A DNA stretch of 64,000 bases from the NCBI RefSeq assembly GCF_036321535.1, contig NC_087437.1, positions 30,444,001 to 30,508,000 on the forward strand, written 5' to 3'. The position numbers and the translations under genes are program-made. How positions within the stretch are numbered: the stretch's first letter is position 1; each line of letters starts with the position of its first letter. Shown here piece by piece: positions 39,071 through 52,615 of the stretch. The stretch is from Camelus dromedarius. Taxonomy: Eukaryota. The notes beneath the pieces were generated by a model. It saw nothing but the letters and a program-made list of their open reading frames with translations, had not been told where the DNA came from and made no database searches.

Positions 39071-41886
39071 ACTACCAGTCCCGAGAGTGGAGACTGTTAC
39101 TAATCAGTGATACTGAGCTGCAAGAATTCCTGACATTAGTGAAATGCCATGAGAAATTCATTTCATGCTTGTCTACTCAGGTAAAATCCAAAGAAAAGTC
39201 TGCAGAACATAAATAAATAAATGCAAGCTGGAGTATAAGTTTGGGAAGAACAGAAATAGATGTAACTCTGAGATAACTGACATCTGCTGAAGTCTGAAGT
39301 CAAGGATTCATTTAGATTTTTCTCCCCCACATACATGCAACATACCATCCACACCATGATTCTCAAGTCAAGAAAATTTAGCCTAGCAATAGCTCCAGGT
39401 CAGAGAAATGTGACAATACTCTGTCGGACAGACATCAAATGAAGGACTCTGCATGCTATTTCTAAACTCGGGCCAAAACTAAAACCACACACTCGTAGAT
39501 AGGTAATACCACGCAGAGGGACCTTGGCTTAGCAATAGCACAATAGCATTCTATTTCCCCCGTTACAGTGTTTTGGCTGCTGAGAGAGTTGTTTCCAAAT
39601 ACCTAACCCAAATGAAATGTAAAATGTAAACTCCCTACTTCTCAGTCTTCACTGCATCTCAAATCTAGAATGGCTCACACCAGCCTCCCCATCAAATTCA
39701 CTCACACTTTTTTTTTCAAACTAACAGGATATAAAACAGATAAGAGAGGTACATGATACTCTCAGATGCATTCACTAAAACCAACTTGCAGGAAATCATT
39801 AATTATTTTTAAGTCAAAGGAACAAAATATTAGAAATTCAATCCATTTTTAGTAGCACAATTTTGGGGTAGAGGTGTTGATGCAATATATATCGTGCATT
39901 TTTCCTCAACCAGAAACCCACCCTTTTTTCAAGGCTAAAACACACAGCTTCAGAATCATTTATATACTCAAGTATATTGAACAAGCTATTATATGTGAAG
40001 CATACAGTTTCAAAGCAAGAAAGGATCTTAGATGACCTAGTTCAACCTACCCATTTTACAGATAGGGAAGGTGAGACCAGAAGTGTGCAGCCACTCACAG
40101 AAGAACACAGAGCTAATTAGTAGCCACTGCCACACACGAACCAATTCTCAAAGCAGTGTTCTTTCTGCAACAATAGCTCCACTAGCATTTCAGAAAATTG
40201 CAGTGTGTTCTTGTTTCCTACGTCACTACAATTAGCATTTACTCTAGTCAGAGTCTGTGGTTCCTAATGTGGTGATTAATGCTAGTGTGTAAATGTTTAA
40301 GCTACTTTGGTGTTTTGTGAACAATCCAGGAAACTGTAGCCAGATTTTGTATCTTAGATAAACCTGGTTATATATTTTGTATGGCTCTTAAAGCTGGGTA
40401 ATGTGGTTACCAAGTCACAAAATTTTAAATATATGTAATGTGAGTTCTTTACCTGGGCTCCAGGCCCATGCACAACTGAGTCCATTAGACCCTTGTGCTG
40501 ATGGAACTGGCGGCTCTAATAACCTCCAGCAATATTCCGTCTGGCAAGAGGTTTCCAGTCTAAGAGGATGCATGGCCTAAAGCCAGTACCAATCATATAG
40601 CATGAAAAAATTAAAACCAGAATATAGTTTCAAAATCTGTAAGGCATTTTGAATGTCTGGCTAACCCTGCATTGTAATCTTCATTCTAGCTTTCCCATTT
40701 TATTCAGAACAGCATTTTGTGTTACGATTTTTAAAGAAAATACAGAGGGGGAAAATCCGTAACAATACATCTTCCCAAAGTTCTCTAAAAATTCTTTTAC
40801 TGCTTTTTGCTTTTGCTTTTATTCTGAGTGTTACAAGGAAAAAAAAAGAAAAATATATATATATTCTCATATTTCAATTTCTCATTTCCAGACATGATAC
40901 ACTTTTGCTGAGCATACTTTATATATTCTCTATGGCAGATTGGCTCAGTCTATGTTGGTGAAGCCAAGGTTAAAAGTTCAATTGCAACAAGAGTCAATGA
41001 CTTTCACTCTGACTTGTGGCCCTAGACAGTCTTCCAGACCCGAACTACCCCTCTAATAAAAGACATTAGGAAAACCCCATACAAGAGCGAATGGTCTCCT
41101 CATACTACTAGGAAATATCTTCAATAACATGTCCTTTGTCCAGAGGCCAGTAGCACAATCTCTGCTTAAAAAAAAACAGAGGCACTGACATTTTTTAAAA
41201 AACTACTACATCCCAGGCCTTTCCCTGAACCCTACAGACATTTTAAAGAGAAAGCTAGTTACAGTCCCTGGATTCTAAATTCTAAATTCTGCTTCTTCCA
41301 AGAAGCCTGCTGGAAAATTTCAACTAACCCTGATTCCCTTCTTCGAGCTCCTCTTGCACTTAGAATCTATAACTGGATATTAGAACACCTTTCCACCGGT
41401 ATTTTCTTTTTCATTTTCATTTGTTCTGCAACACAGGAGAGTCTCATTTCCCCCAACTAGATTACAGACTCTTGCAAATCAGGAACTATTGCCTCCCTTC
41501 TCCCTCCCACACAATGCTTAACACAAAAGTGATCACACCACTGATACCAACTGACTGTCGCTTCCTTAGTGCTCTTAAGCAGCTTTAAAAAAAAAATTAT
41601 AGTTAAGAATGACGGTGTGATTTCAGATAAAATTTTGACTGAGAGTTTATTTCAACTGAGAATCTTTTTCCTTGAAAATTCGCTCTCAAAACACTGGCAG
41701 TAACCTTTAATCCACACAAAATGCAAAGGCTAAACATAAAACTAATAAGTAATATATTCATACATGAATTTCAGTACAGTTTGTATATAATACCAAGTGC
41801 AAAAGCAAGTTATTGTCACTATATGTATAGAAAAAAATAACGATAGATACCCAAGTATTACGTTAATCCATGTGAAATTGTGGAGG

Positions 41887-42185
41887 TTTTTATTTTTATT
41901 TTTTTTTATTGAAGTAGTCAATTTACAATGTGTCAATTTCTGGGGTACAGCATAATGCTTCAGTCATACATGAACATACGTATATTTGTTTCCATATTCT
42001 TTTCCACCATAGGTTACTATAAGATATTGAATACAGTTCCCTGTGCTATACAATATAAACTTGTTGTTTAACTTTTTTATATATAGTAGTTAGTATCTGC
42101 AAATCTCAAACTCCCATTTTACCCCTTCCCATCCCCTCCCCTGTTAACCGTAAGTCTCTTTTCTATGCTTGTGAGTCTGTTTCTG
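41887..42185 (-). mobile_element. L1 3' UTR fragment
   Basis: Poly-T, attgaagtagtcaatttaca, gttccctgtgctataca, gtgagtctgtttctg. Confidence 0.88.
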
Positions 42186-45100
42186 AAAACTGTGTTTTTT
42201 GTTGCTCAAGAATGTTCAACTCCCAGTAAGTCCATATGGCTAGACCTGTTACTAACTGTGCTTAGTTCTAGATGTGAACATTATAGGTGACTTAAAATGT
42301 TCTCCATATTTTAGGGTATTTCTATTATTAGGTATTTTCTATTTTTCTATAATGAGCATTTATGTTTAAATTAGAAAAACAATTTAAAATACATCCTGAT
42401 CTATTGACTATACTAGTAAAGAATTTGTTTCTAATTTACAGAAAGATGGCTCTTGGTCAAATTAGATACAGCCCAATGCTCCTTGAGAAGGCAGCTCTTT
42501 AGTATCTAACACCCTCTAGTGAGCAGATTGCAAACCCTCAGTTCACTCTTCGAATTACACTTGAATATAGAGGACCCCTACAGTTAATGCCATCACTAAT
42601 AGTTTTCAATTGCAGAATATTGCAAGCTCATTCCTAAATGAGTTCAGTTTTTATTTTTCCCTGGGCCAAATGAGTCCAATATTTCTTTTATTAATGGGTC
42701 CAGCCTTTACCTTGAATTCAATATGAATTGCAAAGACTCAGAGGAAAGAACGGTATCACCATGTTAAGGACATCAGTGTCAGCTCAATCACCCACCACCT
42801 TTCTAACATCAGTGCAACCCATGTCTGTTACCTAGTGCACTGGCCAGAGGAATCAAACATGTAATCTAGTTCAGGCAGGCTGGAGGGATTATTAAATGCT
42901 ACAAATGAAGCTGAGGGCCAATGCCAAACATGGCTCTCATGTTGGTATATATTTATTCTGAAATTGTGTAAATGTCAGCCATTTCTAGAATTTCAATTTA
43001 GCCTTCTGTTGTTCTGCTGTGGGTTAAGATTTATTGTGAAAATTGTTATTTGATGCAACAAATAAATAAATGTACATCAATATAGGTATTCATTTGTAAT
43101 CATACCTCATTCACTTCCTAAATTTATTATCTACTGCTTCCTGAGGCTGAATTACTTCTCATGGAGATGTTGTTGGCACATCTCCAGGATCACTCCTTTC
43201 TTCTCCAGGAAGTTTCCAGCAGCAAGTCCACATACATCTCTGGTTTCCCTTTACACTGGGAGGGCTCTTTGTGAGATACAAGCCTCGGACTGGAAACCAT
43301 CTCACATTTCCTACTCTGTTGGTTCAATGAGCATTTTCTATGATCCTATTAGAAGTAAGTCACCGTGCTTTGTGATGTGTGGAGTATAAAGATGAATTAA
43401 TTTTTTTAATAGACAATTCCCCTAGGACAGCTGACAACCTAGACAAGGAACTCACATCTGTGTGTGAGTAACTATAAAGTAAGGCAGATGGTGACAAGAG
43501 GCCCCTGTGAAAGGTTCGAATGAACTGGAGTTGTGAGAAGGCAGTGGTTCCACCATCACAGATGACTTTGGGGAGAAGGTGGCACCCTGTCTTCAACAAT
43601 AGCCCAGCTCAAAATCTCTCCTCTGCCCCTTCCCACCCCACTCTCCTCTGCACCAACCTCTCCTTTTCCAAATGTTTCCGTTTATTCTTGCCTATTGCCG
43701 TCAGAACTATGTCATACTGAGGGGATGGTCAAATGTCAAGGGGAGATGGAGCCGGGACAAGAAAAAGAAAAGACAACAAGGCCAGGAGACCAAAGAAAAA
43801 GACAAAATGGGTCCTGCTGAGACAGGCAAAGGGCTCACACTTCAGGACTCAGACGGGGCAGCAGAAACCTGCTGCAAGTCCCCCTTTCAACACGTAGCTT
43901 GGTGTAGGCCGTGGGAAGGGTATCCCGTAGTAAAACATACCTACACCAAGACAAATAAGCACTTAGGGCTCCAGGTAAGAGTTCTTCTATTAGCCAAGCC
44001 ACAGCTACAGTGCAGGGAAGAAGAGTTTCTTCCACTCCCATGATGGCCACGGGTCCCTGAGCCAGGAGGAGGCAACGTTCCTTGGGTTATCCCAGAAAAC
44101 TCAAAGCTTTGAGCTCAGGCTCACTTGGTTTGGATCATCACATTTCATATATGTTGAGAAAGGAGGAAAAGACCATTCTTTTCAAAATAGAGAATAGGAT
44201 GGGCTTTTTCTTCAATGTTCCTAATAATCTTCTGTTATAAGTAAAAGATAGGGTGGAGGAGACCTGGGAAAACAGCCCTTCAAGGACACAGCCCCAACTT
44301 ACATCTTACCCAGACAACAACAGAAACCCCAAAGGACCAAACCGTGCAGGGAACAAGCCAGCAGCCCCTTCTGTTCTCTTATTGACACCATTCCTCATCC
44401 CCAGCCCCCTGCCTCTAACCTGAACCTGTGTGCCCCCCCACCCTCCAAGCTTTCAAACTCTGCCCTCCGGAAAGACTTGCACTCAGTTCCTCTAATAACT
44501 AGGAGTCTTTTAATCTCAATTTCTCATTTAGTCTCAGTTTCTCATTTCCTCACCTGTAGAATGGAAATCATGACTACTTCACAGAAATGTCAAGTGGATC
44601 ACACAAGATGCTTATAAAATCATTTGACTTTACATATGTAAATTCTATGTACATGACTTTTTGTGCACAAATGATTTGAGGTGAGGTGGTCTTCGTCCGT
44701 TTAGACAAGGGTGTCTAGCACACAGCAGTTCTTCAGCTCCTTTGCTGCTATCCCCCTGAATTTGCTGTCATTTATGCTGTTCTGTAAGTTAAGCATGAGT
44801 ATGTGTGAAAGTGATTTATAAACTGCAAAGATCTATGCAAATGTGGTATTGCTAATGATTTACTTACTCTGAGGTGTTACCCTTCCCCAGGGATATTTGC
44901 ATTTTATTTGGAGACAAAATCTCAAGCTAAAGGCAACATAATGTTATCATGGCAGGGATTCAGATATCAAACAGGCTAGGGGAAGAGAATGCAGAAGAAA
45001 TAGACAATCTCCTCAGGGTCCCCCAAAATGGTATTGAGGAGAGAAAGCAGAAAACTGCTTTCTCTACAGATAAAGGCAGCTCCAAGTAAAGTCAGTTGGT

Positions 45101-46014
45101 GATTGTACACAGTGTTGAGGGTAATCAGAAATAGCTGGTTCCAAACAGTTAGTCATAAAGCTGGATATATTAGTCTCTGAGTGTCTGAGGTCTTCTCAGA
45201 TGTCCTCCATCACACAAGGACTCCGTAGACATGCAAGGGCAAACACACCCATCTTCAAACATGCGGTGCTGAGCCTGCTTCCCTCCCAGCTTTGCTCTCC
45301 CACCAGAAAATTGGGAAAAGATTATTCTCCTTGAGTTAAAGGATCAGAATCATTTACTCAGGAAGCCTCCACTTTACACTCAGAAGTGAAGGCCAGAGAA
45401 GAGACACAGCTAAGTGTAAATCACACGTCCAGAGAATGGCAGACCCAGCTGGAATTCATGCCTCTTCTTTCCCCACCACCCTGTGCCCACACTGCCTCAT
45501 GGTGGCAACTGGCTTTTGGTCTAGGATCTAAGGCAAATACAAGTTCCAGCGTCATTAGCCACATAAGCTATTCTAAGGGAGAAGCTTTGGTAAACTATGT
45601 CTATTTGGATTTAGTGCAGCACTGATTCCAGCAGATGACAATTAAGAACTCTATGACTCCTGCATAAGGGTGAGGAGCCCAGTCTATGCTCATAAGTGAT
45701 TACAGCAGTTTTTGTTCCGATTTAACCAATGTTTAGGTACAAGAATATTAGACTCAATCCTTCTCTTCTGAATGACATTCCCCCCCGCCGCCGCCTGAAA
45801 CAAAAAATCTGAAATCTAAGTTTGCTAATTCATCTGACCCAAAATATGTTATGCACTGGCTCTGAACCAGGTGCAGTGGAGACTCTGTGAGAGGATGCTG
45901 ATATAAACAGGGCATGATGCCCATCATATATAAGCCCATGGATCTGATCCATCCATGCAGGGACATTCACAAACAGCTCAACAACCAGAGGTTAAAGAGA
46001 GCACGTTTTACTCA

Positions 46015-46945
46015 ATGACAAATAAACAACCCAATCCAAAAATGGGCAGAAGACCTAAACAAGCAATTCTCCAATGAAGACATGAAAAAATGCTCAACAT
46101 CACCAATTATCAGAGAAATGCAAATCAAAACTACAATGAGGTATTACCTCACGCCAGACAGAATGGCCATCATTCGAAAGTCCACAAACAGTAAATGCTG
46201 CCGAGAGTGTGGAGAAAAGGGAACCCTCCTACACTGTTGGTAGGAATGTAGTCTGGTGCAGCCAGTATGGGAAACAGTATGGAGATACCTTAAAAAACTA
46301 AATATAGACTTACCATATGATCCAGCAATCCTACTTCTGGGCATATATTTGGAGGAAACTCTAATTCAAAAAGACACCTGCACCCCAGTGTTCACAACAG
46401 CATCATTTACAATAACCAAGACATGGAAACAACCTAAATGTCCATCGACAGATGATTGTATAAAGAAGTTGTATATTTAAACAATGGAATACTACTCAGC
46501 TATAAAAAAGAATAAAATAATGCCATTTGCAGCAACATGGATGAAACTGGAGATTGTCATACTAAGTGAAGTAAACCAGAAAGAGAAAGAAAAATGTCAT
46601 ATTATATCACTTGTATGTGGAATCTAAAACAATGACACAAATGAACTTATTTACAAAACAGAAACAGACTCACAGACATAGAAAACAAACTTGTGGTTAC
46701 CGGGTGGAAAGGGGTGGGAAGAGATAAGTTGGGAGTTCTAGATTTGCAGATACACTACCATATAAAAAACAGACAAACAATAAGGTCCTACTGTATAGCA
46801 CAGGAAACTATACTCAATATCTTATAATAGCATATAATGAAAAAGAATATGAAAAGGAATATATATATATAACTGAAACATTATGCTGTACACTAGAAAG
46901 TAACACAATATTATAAACCGACTATATTGCAATTTTCTAAAAAAG
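46015..46945 (+). mobile_element. 5'-truncated cetartiodactyl L1
   Basis: ORF2 C-terminus ([13 protein letters not shown]...WKQPKCPS) followed by the 3' UTR. Confidence 0.92.
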
Positions 46946-47855
46946 AACTAGTTTTAAGGAGATCTATTCACTTCTGACTCTAAATTTCAAGACTTAATAA
47001 GATTATGAAATATGGTTGGACCAGAGCGGGGATTTCCAGATCTGGCTGATGTTTTTCAAGTCCTTCTCCCCGATATTCTGAGTTACTCAGCCCAGATAAG
47101 CACTGAGAGATATGTATTTTTAAGCTCCCCAGGTGAATGTGATAAATCTGATGTCAGGTTTGAGATCTTCTTATCACTAGGTGGCCTTGATGTCCCTTCC
47201 AAAACCAAGGGCTCTCATCATTGTGAACAACACTCAAGGGCAACAGAACCAGCTCCTGCTGGGCCTCTTGTCAGCTGATGCCAGAGCTGAGAGCCCTGCA
47301 AGTTCTGGAAGCATTCTCTTTAGAAACAGAGGTAGGCTTTTTATTCTGCATGGGGACCTTAAAGCATGTCTTATACACAATATGTATGCAAACACTGGTA
47401 ATATGTATATCAACCAAAGGCGCTTATCAGTATGAGGTTTAGAAAATGCTATTGATGCCATTTCCAAAAAAGAGCCACTATTTCAGTCTTTCAGAAAGCA
47501 CCATATGTGGTGAATGCACTTTTGAAGAAACAAGTCAACATTTATAATTGTTGAACAGAGAGCCACGGGATGCACCATATTGCTAATCTGCTTTACTTGA
47601 AAGCAGTTGGAACACTGAGCACTGGTTTATATTTCCTTTTCAGGGAACCAATTTAACTGAGAGCCAAATAGACAGCACAAAGCTCTGTAAGTCAGACAAA
47701 AGAGTTATTAAAACTGTCAAGGGCAACACGCACTTAAGGATGAAAGTAAACTGTAGCTGATGCCTTCTTTCCACTTGCTCATATCCATGTTTCCCTTGGA
47801 TGTGTGCTTGTCAATTCAAAATTATTAAGTTCCAAATGAGTCATCTGTTTTGTCT

Positions 47856-47951
47856 CTTTTTTTGTTGCTGTTAATAGAGGTATTGGGGATTAAACCCAGG
47901 ACTTTGTGCATGCTAAGCATGCACTCTACCACTGAGCTATATCCACCCCCC
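47856..47951 (-). mobile_element. tRNA-derived SINE (camelid type)
   Basis: gaggtattggggattaaacccagg...ctaagcatgcactctaccactgagctatatccacccc. Confidence 0.88.
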
Positions 47952-48723
47952 AAATTGTGATTTGTTTTGTCTTGATGGAAATACGTAAGATTCTTTTTGG
48001 AGTGTTATTTCTAAAATAGAAATAATAATGGACTCCTACTGATCATTGGCAGATTTATTTTCACATGTGAATCCCTGAAGAATCCACTCCAGGAATAAGT
48101 AGAGGAACATAGAGATCTTCAGATAAAGATCTCCAGTGCCAGTGTTCTCCTCCAGTTCCTGCACCATCACTGTCAGTGCCATTCTTTGGATATCTGCTAT
48201 ATATTCCTGACTTGTTACACTTAGGTGTTTTTGTTTTGTTTTGTGTGAAGTGTTTTCTGGTAGAAGGCTGTTTGCAGGCTGTGTCCTCTGTCCAGGTTAG
48301 AAAGAAGGGACTGTCCGAGTTGACATGGGTGCCCAGGTATCCTGGCCCTCCTCTTTGGGGGACAGGGTTATGGTATGATAGATGGAGTCCACTGGGTCTG
48401 TAAACCAACCAAGTGAGTGTTCCTGGTTCCCAAATTTATAATTGGGATCAGTGTGCTTAGTCAGTGGGTATAATGCCCTCACCTGTGAAATAAGGAATCT
48501 CATGATGGGTAAGGTCAAACTGAGACCTCTGAAACTGCCTACCCCCAAATTTTAAAAAATCACATCCCAGGGATGGTGGATGGCAGGAATCAACAACCCT
48601 TAAGGGCCTAAAGGATGCAGGGGTGATGGTACCCATCATATCTTCATTTGATTCTCCAGTCTGGTCCATGCAAAAAAAAAAAAAAAAAAAAAGAAAAGAA
48701 AAAGAAAAAACAGATGGGTTCTA

Positions 48724-49617
48724 AAGGGAACCCTCCTACATTGTTGGTGGGAATGTAAATTGGTGCAGCCGCTATGGAGAATAGTATGGAGGTTCCTTAA
48801 AAAACTAAAAATAGGGTGGGGAGGGTATATAGCTCAAGTGGTAGAGCTGCATGCTTAGCATACATCTGGGTTCAATCCCCAGTACCCCTCCAAAAATAAA
48901 TAAACAAGTAAACCTAATTACCTCCCCCCATACAAAAAAATTAAAAAATTAAATTAAAAAAATCTAAAAATAGAGTTACCATATGATCCAGAAATCCCAC
49001 TCCTAGGCATATATCTGGCAAAGATGAAAACGCTAATTTCAAAAGATACATGCACCCCAGTGTTCAGAACAGCACTATTTACAATAGCCAAGACATGAAA
49101 GCAACCTAAATGTCCATCAACAGATGACTGGATAAAGATGTGGTATACATACACAATGGAATACTACTCAGCCATAAAAAGGAATGAAATAATGGCATTT
49201 ACAGTAACATGGATGCACCCAGAGATTATCATGCTAAGTAAGTTAGACAAAGATAAATATCGTATGATACCGCTTATATGTGGAATATAAAAAAAATACA
49301 AATGAACTTATTTACAAAGCAGAAATAGACTCACAGACAGAGGAAACAAACTTATGGCTACTAAAGGGGAAAATGGAGGAGACATAAATTAGGAGTTTGA
49401 GATTAGCAGACACACACTATTGTATATAAAATAGATTAAAAAAACAGGACCTACTATATAGCACAGGGAACTATATTCTGTATCTTGTAACAACCTATAA
49501 TGGAAAAGAATCTGAAAAAGAATATATATATGTATAACTGAATCACTCTACTGTACACATGAAACTAATACATTGTAAATCAACTATACTTCAATAAAAA
49601 TTTGTTTCTTTTGGAAG
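48724..49617 (+). mobile_element. 5'-truncated L1 in ERV-L pol, 17-bp TSD
   Basis: AAAACAGATGGGTTCTA at 48707-48723 and 49618-49634. Confidence 0.92.
48815..48955 (+). mobile_element. tRNA-derived SINE nested in the L1
   Basis: tagctcaagtggtagagc (A box) and gggttcaatccc (B box); ctaaaaatag duplicated on both sides. Confidence 0.88.
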
Positions 49618-50160
49618 AAAACAGATGGGTTCTAGAGTGGACTCCCGAAAACTCAACCAGGTAACAGCCCCAACTGCAGCCACTGTGCTACATGCAGTAT
49701 TTTTCTAGAGCAGATCAACACAGCCTCAGCCTCAGGCTTGTGGCCACTGATTTGGCTTTTTTTTTTTTTTTTCTTCTATTCTTATCCGAAAAAAAGGATG
49801 AGAAACAGTTTGCATTCAAATGGAACAGGCAGCACTGTACGCTCACAATTTGACCTAGAACTCTGTTAACTCTCCTTCCTCTGGTCATGATATATTCCAA
49901 AGATATCTGGACTATGTGGATATCCCACAGAGAACCACGATGATTCATTACACCAGTAACATTATGCCACTGGGCTGGATAATATGAAATCGAACAACCT
50001 TGAGGCCTTGGTAAGACCCACGTACTCCAGAAGGTGGAAGACAAACCTTACAAAGATTCAAGGGGCTATAACGATAAAAAAAAATATTGGTGTTCAGTGG
50101 TATTGGGCGTGCCAGTAAATCCTCTCCAAAGTGAAAGAAGAATTATCTCAGCTTACCTTC

Positions 50161-50760
50161 TACCCTGCAGTAGGAAGCTCAGCGCATTCAGGATCTGACG
50201 GCAGCATGTTCCACACCTGGGAACACGGTTCCGGCCTCGGTACCGGGTGACCCAAACTCCCGCAGGCCCTGAGTGGGGCCCCGCGAAGGAAGGGCTCTGC
50301 GGCAGGCCCGGGCCGCGGGGGGGGGGACACGCAGCCCGGCCGCCGGGCCCTTCGGAGGAGGCAGAGAGATCCGTGGTGGGAAAAGACGCTGCGCGGAGCG
50401 TCTGTAGGCTGCGGCGGAGGATGACAGCACGAGCCCTGGGAGTCTGAAGCGAGGCCATGCCACAGGCAGGGAGGAATCAGACACCTTCGAGAGACAACTG
50501 CTCATTGGCTCCTGAGCTCTGGGCGAGACGGAGCGCTTGGCCGCGGGGCACGAGGCAACCATGCGTCCAGAACTGCTCAGCACGAACGTGGTCCTGTCAG
50601 ACTCATCGCGTCATAATGTGGGCCCAGCAGCGGCTCATGACAAGATGGCGAGGGTGTAGCTGGGATCACAGGCAGGCGAGCCGCACGAGCATGCAGCGCA
50701 GACCCCCTCGGCCGCCATTTCGCCCTCCCCTCCCCTCCCCTCAAGCCCGCGGCCTTCTGG
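50161..50760. promoter_or_regulatory. CpG island with YY1, CCAAT and GC-box motifs (candidate promoter)
   Basis: About 50 CpGs in 600 bp by hand count. CAAGATGGCG (50641-50650) and GCCGCCATTT (50711-50720) are YY1-type; ATTGG at 50504-50508; CCCTCCCC repeats at 50722-50741. Confidence 0.75.
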
Positions 50761-52224
50761 GAAATCACTTCTGATCAGCTGATGCCCACGCTTTAGGGGT
50801 GGGTTGGCCCAGCAGGCGGGGCAAGTTGGAAATGGGTGGCAGCTGTTCGAGCTTCACTCACAATGCAGCCATGCAAGAACAGTTTCAAGTCCTCCCAATG
50901 CTTCGTTCCGGACTAGAAAATAATCCAGCGTGTGGAAATTAAATACCAGCCAAATCTGACCCACACTGAAATGATTTATTTTTCAATTGACTGATACCCA
51001 AGATACCAGCATTGTCACAGGTGTTCATTATCCAGCAGATGCTAACTTTTTCATATTAACTGACAACCTGAAAGCCAGGCAGCTGAGCTACCCTCAAGCT
51101 AATTGCAAATGATGTTATTCAGAGTCTCAGATCTCTTTAATTTCTAATATCATCTTTACCTGCTGAGGAGGTAAGGCTTTGATACTGGGTCACCTCACAT
51201 CACAATACAGAACAGGTTTTGCCAGAAGCCCACAGCAGCCCACACACATCCTCAGCAATTCACAGGAACAAATGCAAAGCATCTGCCCATGTTAATTACA
51301 TTAAGATCAGCGAAACCTGGCTGCCACTTAAAATAACAGACTCAAAATAAAAGGAAGGCTGGTTCTTTGAAGAGTGGTAAACAAACAAATGAATTTATTC
51401 CTTCTTGGGAAACTTGTTCAGAAAAGGCATTACATTTTGCATACAGGAAGACAAACGCATAGTCATTTTAATTACATCACATTCAGAAATCCGGCCCAAC
51501 ATCTAGTTTTATTCCACCCCAACTTAATTAGCTTATTAGTTTTCTGGCTCTCACTTTATTTTGCTGTCACACTTTTGGAAGGACCACCTTTTAAACACAA
51601 TCATACTGACGTGTAACATGCCGCTCTGTGACATGCTTGTTGCTACGTGGCAGTGCTTTTTGTTAAGTTTTCTTATCTGAGCTCGGCAGGGACTATACAA
51701 AACATTTCTGTTACCTGTCCAGGAGGCAGTGCACACCATGAAGCCAAATCATTCTGCTTTCTTAAGCCTGTCTTCACTTAGCATATGGAAAGAAATGTGA
51801 TAGCTTTTCTGAACTGACCCTGAGCAAAATTGTCAACTGGCTCAAGAGAAACTTAGAGCTGAAAGGAAACATAGAATTCATCTAGACTAATCCACATATT
51901 TTGCATATTGTAAATCCAAGTCCTAAAGAGTGGATGACCTTCTGCAAGCCCAGTCGGCTAGAGAGTAGGAAATGCTAATAGTCATGCTGTTATGACAACG
52001 CACCTCGCCAAAGAGAAGGCATTAGCTGAATTAGTGGGATTGCCTTAGAAATCCCCCTTCCAATTCCTGCCTCCAGTTCAGCCCTAGACCTCTTCTCTAG
52101 TTACTGACTCTCTGCTCCAATCTTTGCCATCTCCCTGGTTGGCTCTAGCTGTCCCTCCTGGTGTATGGTATCAACTGGGGTCTAGTCAAGAGGATAGTTA
52201 TGCCAAGTATTTAAAACAAACGGA

Positions 52225-52615
52225 GGGGGAAGGGTAATAGCTCAATGGTAGAGCACGTGCTTAGCATGCACAAGGTCCTGAGTTCAATTCCCCATACCTA
52301 CATTTAAAAAAAAAAAAAAAGAAATGTGTTGACAGACTCACACAGAAAACAAACTTACAGTTACCATGGGGGAAAAGGTGGAAAGGGATTAAACTGGGAG
52401 TCCGAGATTTGTAGATACTAACTACTATATATAAAATAGATAAGCAACAGGGTCCTATTGTATAGCACAGGGAACTATATTCAATATCTTGTCATGGCCT
52501 ATAATGAAAAAGAATATGAAAAGGAATATACACATGTATAAATGAATCACTATGCTGTACACCAGAAACTAACATATTGTAAATCAACTATACTTCAATT
52601 TTAAAATTAACAAAA
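52225..52615 (+). mobile_element. tRNA-derived SINE followed closely by an L1 3' UTR
   Basis: SINE head and poly-A (about 52225-52320), 10-nt spacer, then acagactcacacagaaaacaaactt...caactatacttcaatt. Confidence 0.85.

Larger units (their letters stand above)
48300..50865 (+). mobile_element. Ancient ERV-L internal fragment (pol: RT through RNase H start), interrupted by L1 + SINE
   Basis: Plus-strand fragments translate like ERV-L pol: [19 protein letters not shown] (about 48608-48664), RKLNQV, LEQINTAS, KDEKQFAF, HYTSNIM (decayed YIDD, 49946-49966), KAMP, TMRPEL. Many frameshifts and stops. Confidence 0.85.

Noticed and set aside
42508..42525. Minus-strand CTCF-like TGCTCACTAGAGGGTGTT
   Set aside because: It mismatches the core at two informative positions; too weak to call without a PWM score.
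50153..50774. GC-rich ORFs of 63-131 aa as a first coding exon of a host gene
   Set aside because: They overlap on both strands, as expected from stop-codon scarcity in GC-rich DNA, and the sequence is decayed ERV-L pol.
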